Source of the DNA: Trichoplax adhaerens | Taxonomy: Eukaryota > Animalia > Placozoa | Reading direction: 5' to 3' | Assembly: GCF_000150275.1 (NCBI RefSeq) | Contig: NW_002060978.1 | Coordinates: 124,001 to 188,000, forward strand | DNA: 64,000 bases | Shown here: positions 42,011-55,846 of the stretch, one piece after another | Position numbering within the stretch: the stretch's first letter is position 1 | Layout of the letters: each line of letters opens with the position of its first letter | Program-made: the position numbers and the translations under genes | Notes under the pieces: model-generated | Told to the model about the DNA's origin: nothing | Database searches by the model: none | Seen by the model: the letters and a program-made list of their open reading frames with translations, nothing else

Positions 42011-43689
42011 GCATATTACGTCGATCCAGTGTCAACAATTTTAGTCAGTCGTGCGCGTGGACTTGCCTACGTTAGTAATTAAATTAAGACGTAAAAGGTC
42101 GAAATTTCTACTTATTACAACTAGAATAGTCAAACTTTAGCCTTCAGGTTCAAGTCATAATCGACTATTGCTTAATCCTAGATAGGGTGGAGGAAAGTAT
42201 TGATTTATTGACATTGATTGTTAGGGTTAGACGTACGGTAATATTTGAACAAGCATTCTTTTAAGCTGGCCTAAAAGGCATAACAATATATTGACAATGA
42301 TTTCTTCAATCATGTTGTAATATCCCACATATGAATAGCGGTTCAAGCTGCTATTAGATCTTCTATTGATTTTATGAGCAATTCCTGAACCATCTATGAA
42401 TTTCAATGGCTATTTTGGATACTCACGTCATGATTGAAACGTAGCAGGCGTTCTCACCGGGTGTTCCAATGTGATTGGATCTAGTGTCGTGATATAATAG
42501 GAAATAATGATGGTTACGTATGGATATTGATTCTATCCTCTATGCATTTTCCTTCTCCATCGATCAATAACTATAGTATGATTATTATACCCATTGAACC
42601 ATTTATAATGCAGGAGACATGTAATTATTATATACTGTTCTGTAAAATACTAAAATAATTATAATCATCCTGGACTATCTCTAAGCACTACCAGGTATTT
42701 CTAGTAGTCCTTACTCTTTCCCAATACGGACAAAAGTAGAAGATTTTACTCCTGTTCCAAGCTTCATTTATGTTATTATTAACAACACTATACTAGTATC
42801 AACAAAGATAGAAAATTCTATCTCATCTAATTCTCATCAAGGATTATTCAATCCTCATTCTTCTATTAGTGACTCCAACCCCCTTTACTGTTGACATCTC
42901 TATCCTAGTTTTGACTAAGACAGTGAACTTAAGTAGAATAATGTCCATCCAATGCTCAGTCTTTCTAACCACAAATATTGATCATGCCAAGTAAGAAGAT
43001 CAATAATAACATTGATGATGGCAAGATGGGCAACATGGGATTATTTCCATAAGTCAACAAAATGAATTGTCGGCCAAGGCTGATTCTTTAAGACTACACG
43101 CAGACTGATTATACGTCAAATTTTCTTTCATGCACGTAAATAAATAAAGGAATAGCTATTCTCCAGCTTTTTCTACCATGACCTGATGAGCATCATTGCA
43201 TTATAAACTAATTGAACTGATTAATCTATTGACTGCTTTGATGATTGGCATCTTGTCCTCCCCACCTTGTTCCTTATTGTTCCCCTTGACCGTCCATTGA
43301 TATCATGGTATTGCAATGACGATAGCATAATCCATTTTACTAATCAGCTTGACACTGATTATTTCAATCCACTTTCAATTGTATTTTTATCCTACTGCAG
43401 GCTTTACTAACATTCAATTTACTGGAAAGACAATCTTATAACAACGTTGATCCTTTCCTACCGAAGAGATGATCTTCCTTCTAATCCTGTCGTGATGACA
43501 ATATTGAGCTAATGGTCTATTTTCCACTCTATCCTGGAGTGATAATTTTCATCTATGGCGTTATTGATAGATTGAAGATGAATGTCCACTAGGTCTAATC
43601 CTGATCTAATATTGCTTCTATCCTTTCTCATCACTATATACCATATTACTCCATTACTTTCGTTATTGATCTCTAAGATTGTTATCATA

Positions 43690-45370
43690 ACAAGAATCAA
43701 AACTGTGCATGAACTGTCTGTCCTCTAGAGTTTGCCCCATTTTACTAATCTACAAGGTAAATCATCTTGATCAATGGATCCTTTTTCCATTTTGCTTTAG
43801 TTTTGGGTGCCTGAGCCATTAACTATCTGTCTTTTTCAGTGAATGATATTTTGTCAACCGTGACTGTCAATTACCTTGACCAAGTCCCTATTATGGAGTT
43901 GTATTTTACTTTAGTTTTACAGCCTTGTACCAATCTTTACTTCCAATACTCATAATCATTTACTCGATAGCCACCTTTTAACTTTGCTTTAGTCTTGGAT
44001 ATTTGTAGTCGTTCGCTATACAGATGTCTTCAATCGTTAACGATACTTTATCCGTCGTCCCGGTCAGCCATCTTGATCAATTTAGCCTGGTTGTAATTTT
44101 CATTTTACTATGGTACTGCCTTCCTCTAGTGGTTAACTAGATATCTTCTACTATTAATAATACTGTACTAGTCTATCCGATAAATCATCTTGACTAATTT
44201 ACCCCATTGCCATTTTAACTTGCTTTAGTTTATTGTCTTCTATTATTAATAATACTTTACCTATCTACATAAATAATCATCTTATGATCTCGATTGATCT
44301 AGCCTATTCAAATTTACATTTTGATTTCGTCTTCGATACGCAGTCGTTCGCTCGGTGTCTTCTACTGTTAACAATACTTTATCAATCTATGCTATTGGTT
44401 TAATGTTACTTCCGTTTTCGATATCAGGTGTTTAGTAATATATTATCTGCCCTTAACGATACTCAGTATCTTACGCAATTGGATTTTAATTTTGCTTCCA
44501 TCTTCGATACTTAATCGTTAGCTATGTATCTGCTAGTGTTGACGACACTTTACCAATCTACACGATGAATCGTCTTAACTAATCCAGCCTGCTGAAATTT
44601 TCAATTTGCTTTAGTCTTGCATGCCTAGAGTCGTTAGCTGTATATCTTCTGCTATTAACGCTGCTTTACCGAGCTACGCAGTCAAATGGTCTAGACCAAT
44701 TGACTTTAGTCTTCCGAACTTGTAGTCGTTAGCTACTAGTCGACTACTGGCAACGATGCATTACTAATCTGCTATGTTAGATATTAATTTTGTTGTAGTC
44801 TTCGGCACCTATAGCCACTCGCGATAGATCTTCTACTGTTAAGTATCCTTTACCAATCTATACAGTAAATCATTATGACCAACCTAACCTACAAGAATTT
44901 TCAATTTGCTTTAATCTTGGATACCTAAAGTACTTAGTTATATGTTTTCTATCCTTAACGCTATTTGCCAATGTACTAGGTCTTGGATACCTAAAGTGGT
45001 TAGTTATATGTCTTTTACCGTTAGAACAACTTTACCAATCTACTAAGGTCGTAACCAATGGATTCTATTGGATTTTAATTTGCTTTAGTCTTCCCTAACT
45101 GTAGTCGTAAACTATAGGTTTTTTTACCGTAAATGACGCTTTACTTCTCGACCACGTTGGATTTTAATTTTACTTTAGTCAAGAATAGTTGTGACCGTTA
45201 GCCCTTAGTCTTCCACAATGAGTAATGCTTTGTTAATCAGTCATGTTAAATTTTATTTTATTGTAGTCACTAGCCGTATATCTACTAGAGTTAACTACAC
45301 TTTACTAATCTATCTGGTCAATCATTTTGACTGATCTATCCTATTTAATTGGACTTTTATTCTAGTCCTA
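43690..45370. repeat. Degenerate tandem array, ~75-120 bp variable unit, more than 12 copies, upstream of the FRMPD-like start
   Basis: tttta(a)tttgctttagtctt...gtcgttagcta...tcttctactgttaac..tactttaccaatcta recurs throughout. Confidence 0.88.
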
Positions 45371-45590
45371 GACATATTTATTAATTCGCACTGTCAATAG
45401 TTTTATTTTCCGGTATACTCTAATTCTTAGCATTTATCTTTTTCTCTTTTCTATTCTTTGTCATTTCTTAAATAACGGATATAAAAGCTGTTGTATTCTT
45501 TTTCAAGCAAACTATTCAATATGATGTCATACTTCCCTTGCTGACTTGTTTATTTTCAAAATTTTTTTTAAATCATAGAAGAAATAAAGC

Positions 45591-48500
45591 ATGAGTACGC
45601 CAAAGAGTGATCGACAACTTGGACGAATTAATCGAAGTTTACCATTAGGATGGAAGGCTTTAACTTTAGAAAATGGACGCGTTTACTATGTCAAGTAAGA
45701 TTTTATATCCATAGAAAAATGATTAAAGTTGGACCCCTGATCTAGTTTATGAGAGAAAATCGGATACCACCCAAAAGGGAAGAAATAGATTTTAATCTTT
45801 CCTTGACAATGTCTCCTAGACGGCAAAGGAAGTGGAACGTAAAGTGAAAAATTAGTTCTTTTCTCCAAATTATTTGCGTTTCTGTTCAAAGCTACGCCGA
45901 TTGTTGTCTCCATTATAAAGATTTCATCACTTTACAAATGGATCGACAAAATTATTTTATTTATTGACAGCTACTCATAATCGCCAAACTACCAATATCA
46001 TGGTAATATATGGAAGACGCTATAACACGTTTTCCATAAAAAAATAAATCTAATAACCCCATTTTACTCATTATTGATTTCTTATAGAAAGAAGACGAGT
46101 CAAACGCAATCTAAAGCATGATTTGATTCTTAAAAGCTTATTATTTCAAGTGTTGCTGTTTCTTTGATTTACAGCCATGAGCAATAACTATTTCGATAAC
46201 TTAAACTTTATTTGCAAATATAATCGAATCCTGTGACTCAGTTTTCTTATGATTTATTTCCGGTAGAAGAGGAGATGAATCCAACGTTGCTCTTCTAAAT
46301 ATGAATGGATTCTTAAAGTTTATTATTCCAAGGGTTTCTTGTTTCTAATTTGCAACAATAAATCAAAAATATTTCTCAATCTAGATTTGTTTGCAAATGT
46401 AAATGAATTGCATAACTCAATTTCTCTCATGATTAACTTCTTATAGAGTAAAAGGTAAAATAAACGTCTTTCTTAGTACTAAAAGATACGTTAAGCAATG
46501 TAAATCCAAGGGTTCTTTGTATTTACTTTGCAGCCATGATTAATCTCTGCAACTCGAGCTTTCCTTGTCCTAAGCGTCAAATTGTTCCTCAAGTCGCTAT
46601 TAAACCTCTGTTGAATCTATTAATGAATACTACAGATTTAAATAATCCTAGTATGATAATGTTGCTAAAGCCTAACAAGAATCCATGCCACCGGGTTGCT
46701 TTCTTTCTCACATGCTGTTTCTACACCTACAATAGCTCAGGTGGATATAAACCTATGTCCAGCAGAGCAGAACCTAAAGAGTAATCCTACATTTTTATGT
46801 TCATTCCTCAATATGCTCCACGTTCATAATATTTCAAGATGGCTGTACTCAATTGATTTCATATCATAAGGAATGTTACTATCGGCTAATATCAAAGTAT
46901 AGTATAGATGGAGAATTTTTCTAAGCCAACAAATGAAGTTCAATTCAATACTAATAGAAATGGATACTCTAAATTATCTGTCAGCTGGCTTAAATAATAT
47001 ACTTTACAGTAGACACTGTTAAAGGTTTTCCCAACTAAGAGTATCGTTTGCTATCAAGGATACTCTCAATTTCAAAGCCATAATGAAACGGACGATCATT
47101 CAGTTCTCTGATTCTCTTTTTCAAGTACTTAACGATATCTTAAATGGTCATGGTTGCTGGTCACATAGCAGCATCATTTTTATATTAACCTCCAACAATC
47201 GAATGGGGTAAAATTTCCATATGGACCCTAATCAAACGTTCTGTTTATTACATTGAAGAGCAATTGTGAGCAAAAATCATGTAATTACAATATACAAGAA
47301 GGTTTATCCCTATTTTTGACAATACCCAATTATTGAATTGATTTTGATACATATTAGATGATTTAAAAGGGCAATGCCAAAATGTTTAATTCCAGTTTTG
47401 GATAAGTAAAATATATAGCTTAATTTCAGCTATCTACTGGCTTGCTAGAGCTTTTCAATAAGGCAATATTTCAAACTGCTAGAGAATTCTAGAAAGGAAT
47501 AATGGTAGTGACAATAAAATTGAAGTCCTGTTGCGGATTATTTTCTTATAAATACAATCGTTATTTGAACGCTTTACCAGCATAAAGCTAACGATTAGAA
47601 ATCTCGAAATAGTTTATGTTAAAACATTATACGGATAGAACTGCGGTCATGAACAGGAAGAAGGAAGTAGAACAGTTTATGACTAAATTGACTTATGTGA
47701 ATTTCGAATTAATTTTTACTTTGTTTTGAATACTTTCTATTATCAGCTATGTTACTCGGAAAAGCCAATGGTATCCTCCGCCAGCACAGTGGCGTAGTAA
47801 AGAGAATTTACCTTATGGCTGGGAAAAAGCACAAGACCAATACGGATCCACCTACTATATCAGGTTAATAATTGATAATTGGGCCAGCAGATTTATTTAA
47901 AGTGTTCAGATAAAGAGGCATTTTCCATTATTTTTACTCTATTTCTAGCCATCTACTACAAATAACTACATCAGAAAAGCCGCTGCTTTCGTATAGAAAG
48001 GTAAAGTGGAATGCTCATACTCTTTCCAACTACCAGCTCTCAACCAATCATAAAATAATTTTAAAATTGGAGATTATCCATCAAAGTTTCCTCATATTTA
48101 CTCAAATTGAATGAGTTAATTGATGAAGGATAATTTTATATTCTCAATATACCACTACTTAATTATCTAGAAAACTTCTTTAACAAATACTAAACATAAA
48201 GAAATGAGGCAAAGAACATTCACTGAAGGCAAATTACGAGTTCGATTTGAAAGAGCTGTCGATATTAAACATTTTGAAGATAGTAACGTAAGTAGTTACG
48301 ATTTCATATCAGCTTGATGCGAATTTTCAAAGTATATGCTGAATTCTAATTTTTCTGATGGTATTCATACGAATAGGCAGCTCAAGAGACCGAAAGATTG
48401 CCTCGAGTTGATGGAATATTTCGAGTTCATTTATACTCTGAACATATTTCTAGTTCTTTCAAAATAAGTCAGAAATTAACTATTGAGGTAGGAATTTTAA

Positions 48501-51500
48501 AGATACATCCTTTAGCTAATAAATCGGCTAATTGAATTGGAGGTCATTTTGATTAAATAATTCATCAACGGAAAATTTTGGTATATTATCTTATGTAAAA
48601 TTTCTTTATCGATACTCGTTAAATTTTTGGCCCATCTAACATCGTATGAAAAAGAAGTATAGATTTCTGCTCTCATAAATCTAGAGTGCATTTTAACATT
48701 GGTCAATATTAATATTTAAATGCACTTTCCTTCTGAAAATTACCTTATTTGCTTACTAGCGTACCCTAGTTACCTTTGCAGTCTCTACTCACTTACCAAG
48801 TCAACGATAGATGAGCAATTATTAAGTATAACTACTTTATAAGCTTTCTGCTTCTTATTAAGTAGAATAGATAAGCTACGACTATGCTGAAGGGTTTCTT
48901 CATTGAAGGTATCAGATTTATATACCGCTATCTAACACAGTTATCTTTAAAGTTCGGCTTAATAAGCATTACAGACAGGCAAACCAATACCTTGCATGTC
49001 CGTTGTAATCTTTCCATATTTACTGTTGGCTACTACTACAGAGCCATCGACTAGATCGTCTAGCATAGTCATCTACAGTTTTTACTAGTTTATCATGACA
49101 TACAGATACATAACTATCAAAAATCATCACAACCCATAATTTCCCTTTATTGTGATAATGTGTAAAGATTTACAATAACCGACTAACAAAGCTGATTATC
49201 GTTTCATCTACTTGTCATATGTCTCAGGTATACAATAATAATTAAAACCTTAATTAATTTGTAAAGCCACGTACTTATCATGTATTCCCGATATATAATG
49301 ACAATAACTAACGAGTACGCTAATCAACGATATATCATTATTAACAATTTATAATAATTATTTATCATCGTGATCTGTAATTAATCTCATTGCTATCGAT
49401 GACTACCCGTATACAGTTGTCAAATCTAATCTAGTTTTATCTGAACAAATGAATTTTTTTATTTAGTATCATATGGTAGTGCATATCTTAAAGCTTTATC
49501 TATTGCATAAATTGTTTCAAAAGATTAGATTAGCCATCATACTATCCTAATTCTATTTCTATTGCCTGATGCAATGAACTAAGAAATAGAGAAAACTTTA
49601 CCTTTCCGGTTTATTGACAGGCCTATCTATGTAGTTACAGTCAAAGCAATCATTCTACTCTTCAATTACGCTTAGTGCTTAGTGAAGAATTGTAATCAGG
49701 GTCATTTTTTATAAACAAATTGACGCCTGTCTATGTTTATTTTCATAAAAATGCTATATGATATTGCAATTAATACCAGCATAAGAATGAAACAAGTATA
49801 AATGCGCGTATGTAAAATAACCATTTTCCCTTAATTCGTTTAATTATAGGCAATCACTCTTACATTATGTAAACGATTTGAAATTCGGCCGGAAAATCGG
49901 CGATATTTTGCTATTATGAGAAAGGAAGGTCCGATTAATTATTTATACTTTGTGATACCTCAAACCAACATTCATGATGTAAGTAGAGATTCATATCTCA
50001 ATTGTATTCTAGGTATTTAATTTTTAGATCAATGCTACTAATTGTTTACAAATAATGCATAAATGCTCTTGACTTTTATATTGACAGTTGACACAAAAGG
50101 TGCGTTATGATTCATCGGATTTTTACTTCAGAATGGCGTAAGTAGTTCGACGTAGGATAATTCATCGTACACTATCTATTCAATAAATTATGTTTCGCAG
50201 TCTATTCCTAGTTCTATGATTAGTAATAAATCAAAGAAACGATAATTTAGAGATGATGTAATTCGCTATGGGAATTTTTACAGGTTTATTCCTACTGATT
50301 TAGAAGCCTTAAGACAAACCGACGCTAATACTTACAATTATTTATTTCATCAAGTTAGTTCTGAAAAATAGAATTTCAAAGAACAGAATGAAATTTTGTT
50401 TTATGTTGATCAATAAATTGCGTCAAATGGAATTGCCTTAATAATATTAATTAATTGATATAGACAAGAATGGATATTAAAGATGGTCGATTTGCTCAGG
50501 AAATGGATTTGGATATAGCTATTGATATTGGAATAGTTCTACATCAGTATCATTTTAAAATGAATGATGATCGATGTCAGACGAAAGGAAAATCCAAGAG
50601 TAAACTGGAAAAGTACGACGCTTTCATAATATCGATTTAATTGATTCATTTATTTCAAAAATTTAGCTAAGTGAGAGTGCTGCATGATGATAATCCACTA
50701 ATATATCAGCCATTGAGCGAATAGTATCCCATTTTAAAAGCAAAATATGATAAGATACCTTAGAAACGCATTTGTCTTAGACTCAATGTATTACTTCCTA
50801 ATTAATTCTATATATGATGTTTCATTATGATTTTATTCTGCAGAGAAGTTGATCTGAAAATATTAGAAAACATAATACCTATTAAAAGGCTTAAAGTTAA
50901 AGACTTTAAATGGCGTTGTCGTCGTACTTTAGGGCAAGTTCAGGTGAATGCGCAAATCCAAGCTATCATGATAAATTTTATGCCTAACGGTGATGAAAAC
51001 TTGATTAAAATTTTATCAACATTAAATCTGTTAAATATTTGATCGTTCACAGGACTTAAGTTGTGAAGATTTAAAATCGTATGTCATGACATTATGCGGA
51101 AACATTCGTAATTTTGGTGGTCAATATTATAAGCTTAACTCGGTTGGCATTTTAGAATTTCAAATTAAAATTAATATTACAATTATCAATTAAAAATACC
51201 AAATACTGCATCTGCATTCTTTTAGAGTTCCGATAAAATTGTTAAGTTATTAATTGGAAGAAATTGTGGTATTAGTGAAATCGTCCAATCCAATTATCGT
51301 AGCGTACGAAGAATTCCAACTTTACGATTTATTACATAATTGACATGATCTATTAGAAACTATTGAAATGACGCGTTCTATTCCGTGTTCTTAGATGAAT
51401 CGACTAGCATGGTTTCAGCAAGTTACTAGTATTATTGTAAAGCCGACTGGCAAACTATCCTATCAAATAGAGATTCACTTGAATCCTGACGAGGTTTATG

Positions 51501-54500
51501 AATCACTGAATACTTATTCTTTTTTACTGTAGTGCAGATTATAACTTATGTTCAGCAAAAGTTAATACATGGCGCAAGTTAGTTAGATCGTAAAATTATT
51601 GCTAAGTGAAACTAAGATTGAATAATCGTATTTAGTAAAAGCAAGCTTACAATAGCCGATTCCATATTCAACACTACCGCCAATGTTAAGCTTAATTATT
51701 TTATTACAGATGTTTACATTTTCTGCAACTAAAGCTGTTACTCAAGATGTTGCTCGAATGATTGATGGATATTGCCAAATTATCAACAATAATACGATAA
51801 GTGTAACCAAGTATGAAGTAAACGCAAAATTTCCGCAATCAATTATTCAAGAGACGCAAGGTAAAAATCATTGTATATTACTTTCGATCGAAAATTTAAT
51901 CCTGTCTATAGTTGCCAAGAAACTTCCTTCTAAATGTACTGCGCTCCTTGCAAATTTTGATCTTAGTCAATGACTGATTTGGTATAACTTATTCGACCAC
52001 TAAGTGTTACATTTTTGGGATAATAGACTTCAAGTGCTTGATAGATTATTTTGTAAATCTAAAATATCCAAGCAAGTTGTGATTTGAGTCGCATTAAAGC
52101 TGATTTAAATTATTTATAGTATTAAATACTTTTAGAAACTTGAATTACAGAAAGATTACCTTGTATACCGATATACTTGTATTTATGGCAATTAGTGCAG
52201 ATATTATCTTTTATATCTGCTGTAATGGTAGAAACTGTAATCACAATGAATACATCTTATTCAGTTGTACTTAAGAAAAGATGTATTACGGCCTAATTTT
52301 ATTAAAATTACCGATAAACTATACTCAGTTTTATTATTATGTAAATGGTAATGATAATCCGACTAGAGCTAAGAAAAGAAACCGTTTCAATCTTTAATCT
52401 TAACAGCATTAATTTACAGATTGCCGTAAGTTTGTCTATAAGTAATTTTTAAAGTTGACTTTATTACTGTCATCTACACTACCGATTTTACCCTTTTTGG
52501 ATTGAAGTAATTTTAGAATGTTTCATTATAGATCTTAGTTATGATCCTAAATTGTCGAAAGATTGTCTTCTAAATCAGTCATGTCGTTTAATCGTTGCTT
52601 ACGTAACATTTTAGATTACTAAATGTACGTTAAGGAAAATTAGCATTTACTTTTATTCGTCGCAAATGATGATCATGGTCAGTATCAGAAGTAATATAAC
52701 TTGTTTCTATTACCACTATAAATTCTTGGTAAATCAGTTTAAAGCTGACATCAATTTGAGTCATTACAAGATCGTTATAATGCAATACAAACTCTGTTAT
52801 CAATTTTACGGTAGAAAATCATTGTCAATATTTATTAAAATCTTCACTACTACATGGAATTAACTATACTCGTCACTTTTATGAGCTTACTATCCTACCA
52901 ATATTGTTGTTTTCATTTAATATGATTTATCATTTCATAAAATTTTACTTCTTTAAGCATCATGACGTCAGTATTTTAGTCTAGAACTTTACTCAGGGAT
53001 AGTATGGTGAATTTAATGCTCAGCAGGTTCAAAATCAGAATTGCTTTATTCATGCTCTTCTAAATTCCAACCCTAGTCTATTATTCCAACATTGGATAAA
53101 AAAGAAGTGATGGTTGACATATTGGTGTAAGCAATGAGTTAATTGTTTAATTATTTCGTCTATTATTGACTATTTTCTGTCCAGCCCCGATTCCTGGATA
53201 TCATGGTAGCCATTGTCTATTTCCTGAGTTTTGGTCCTACGTGCACTCAACGGAAAACAATGACGAAACGTATACAACAAATTTTAAGGAATTGCCAACA
53301 TTTACATTCGAAGCATTGTCTCAAACAGGTACACTCTTGCCAAGCCTTAAACAATTGATTTCAATTTTCTCGATACCTTGTTAAGAGATTTGAATACAGT
53401 CTCGATAGATGCATAGTGTTGACATAAGCAACGATTACGCACGGTACTGTTTCGGAAAATTGACTAATGACAATCAAATTGTCGTTCCCACTCGTATTGC
53501 AATTTTTGAATCAATTAGTTTGTTAGTCAGGGGTGGTCTTGTTAGAACCACTAGAATCATAGTATTTTTATTCCTTTTAAAGACTGGAACAACAGTAAAG
53601 TTAGTGACTTTGCTCTCAGGTAAAAATCGAAGTTGGTAAATTAGAAGCGTTGATTGGGTCTTCGCTATTAATAGGCCATAATACAATTGCATGCAATTCT
53701 AATCAAACAATTATTAATAAGCAGATGGAATCCATTATATAAATGCGTGTGTATGCTTGAGAAAAATCATTATTCCATATATGTGGTGTATAGAGTATGA
53801 TAGGCAAGGCCAGTCTTTACCCTCCAGTTAATCTAACGCCATTATAATCTGTCAATTATTTATTTCATATAACGTTGATGCCCTTCAATTTCAGTTCAGT
53901 TACCCAAAAGACATCCAACCTATCCACCACCAGAACATTCAATCGATGATGTCGACATAATCAATAGCCAAGGAGCAAATTTTAAAATGACAATGGATTC
54001 GCGATCTGGTTCATCGGACACACTTGATATGGATATCTCAACACCGTCATCGTCAACTTCTTCGCCAGTTTCGCCTTTATTGTTACACATACAACATGGT
54101 CATGAGATTCCGCTGAACTCTGATTTATCTCCATCACAAACAAGTCAGACTAATGGTAGAAAATATCATTTATCTAAATACACTAGTTTTGACAGTAATA
54201 ACGAAGTGCAGGAGAATTTATAAGTCAAAATTCGAACTGCTATCCGATATTCAGACTCATTATTTTCGTATTAATACAGCAAATAAACACATATCAAATG
54301 GAATCTCGTGTACGTTAATAGCTGTAGACGAGATTCCATTGCATAAATTGACCCGCACTCTGTTAACAGTCTATTTTAATAAGATAGTTGATAAATTGGA
54401 TGAAATGATGATTAAGCTATAGACGAGGATCAATAAAATAATGATAAGCTATAGACGAGAATCAATAATGATAAGTTATTCGTAAATATCGATCGAAATC

Positions 54501-54845
54501 AACTATCTTAATTATTTTCTTTTAGATGTAGAAAGCAATTCAGAGCTATCTACTTCGCCTAAAGTGTATACAAGTACCACAATTTCTACAGAAGAAGTTC
54601 AAGATAATGTTAATGACACAGCTCGCAAGAGGCAAAATATGGAATTGCCGTCGTGCTTGTCTACTACACTTAATATTCTACCATCTCCATTAGCTTCACC
54701 TGCACCCGGTAAACCGTTTGAATATAAAGACTTAGTATTGCCCCCTCCATCGCCGTTTGCCGATCAACAGCAATCAAAGATAGAAAAATCGATTCAGACA
54801 ACAATCTACAACGTAGCGGACTCAGATGACGAAGTTTATCTTTAA
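45591..54845 (+). CDS. FRMPD4: FRMPD4/Preso-like scaffold: WW-WW-FERM plus Ser/Pro-rich tail, no PDZ; 17 exons, about 713 aa
   Basis: Exons 45591-45694, 47747-47863, 47949-48000, 48171-48287, 48377-48487, 49850-49978, 50088-50137, 50284-50353, 50464-50612, 50844-50943, 51053-51142, 51226-51303, 51395-51493, 51710-51860, 53185-53328, 53895-54155 and 54526-54845 join in frame via GT-AG introns. WW domains: LPLGWKALTLENGRVYYVN and LPYGWEKAQDQYGSTYYISH. FERM segments resembling FRMPD: KLRVRFE, FIPTDLEALRQTDANTYNYLFHQ, GRFAQEMDLDIA, NFGGQYY, LLIGRNCGISEI and MIDGYCQI. The family call is from recalled similarity. Confidence 0.82.
46040..46550. repeat. ~185-bp degenerate repeat (about 3 copies) in FRMPD-like intron 1
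   Basis: gattcttaaa.g.ttatt.tt.caag.gtt....tt(a/g)cagccatga recurs near 46125-46180, 46310-46360 and 46490-46540. Confidence 0.65.
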
Positions 54846-55846
54846 TTGGCAACTCTTAAGCTTAGACTTATTAAAATATAAATTTGTTTCTCATTACAAG
54901 ACATGATAAATATACGACATCCTTCTTTCAATAGAGCGATTTTTGATATTCAATCTTGACCAATTTTTAAAATTTTCCAATATCTGTGTGTCTAAATTAA
55001 ATTACATTGTTGAGAAAAAGTAATGTGGTTCAATATTCAGGTTGTGTTTGTGTTAAACGTCTATACTAAATGCAGATGTTGAAAGTTTGAAATTTGATCT
55101 TAACTTTTGATCATTCCTACGATTCTTTCTAGCCTTGATCAGACTAATCCTTTGCTTTGACTATCGAGAGGCCATAACACAATGGGTTTTGGCAGCAACG
55201 TCATTTTAATTGATTATTTTGATACTGTTGATAATTTGTATAAAAATAGCATCTGGTACAAGATATGTGATACAAGATATGTGTGCATATTCAGTTGTTT
55301 AATAGAAAAATCATTAAAATCTTTTCTTCCATTAAAGACAGAATAAAATATCTCGTGAGCGCCCATTATTTCCTCGACATTTAAAGTAGTAAAGATAATC
55401 GAGATTAATTCAAGCTTTAATTAGGCACATGATGTATTGTTAATTTGAACAGGCAGTAACTATCGATGCAAGAGATTCTGTATAAAGGCAGATCACACAG
55501 GGGATTGCTACAGTACAGTATATAACATTGCAGTGTGGCAATAAGTGAAAACCAACATACTGCAATTTTTTACAAGCAGTAAATACGAGATACGAACGCA
55601 ATTGCTACAGTATAGTATGTAGCAATAATACATTGTATTATTGCTACCAGCAAAAATTGTGATTTCAACAAGAAGTACTGCCGGTGTGATAGATTCTGTA
55701 TGTGAAATCGAATTAAGCTTTCAATTAATAGTATGAAACATTAAAGCATTATAGTACAAAGAAAATCAATGACCGAGATATCGACTTTCCAATGAATACG
55801 TTGGTAGCTTTTTAAACTCTCGACTAGAGTAAAATACACGAAAATG

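Noticed and set aside
46170-46545. cag|CCATGA acceptor-like sites mimicking the continuation of WW1
   Set aside because: They hit a stop within a few codons and belong to an intronic repeat. The exon at 47747 completes the WW domain.
54408-54478. ~33-bp direct repeat (taagctatagacgag.atcaata) in the last FRMPD-like intron
   Set aside because: An ordinary two-copy local duplication.
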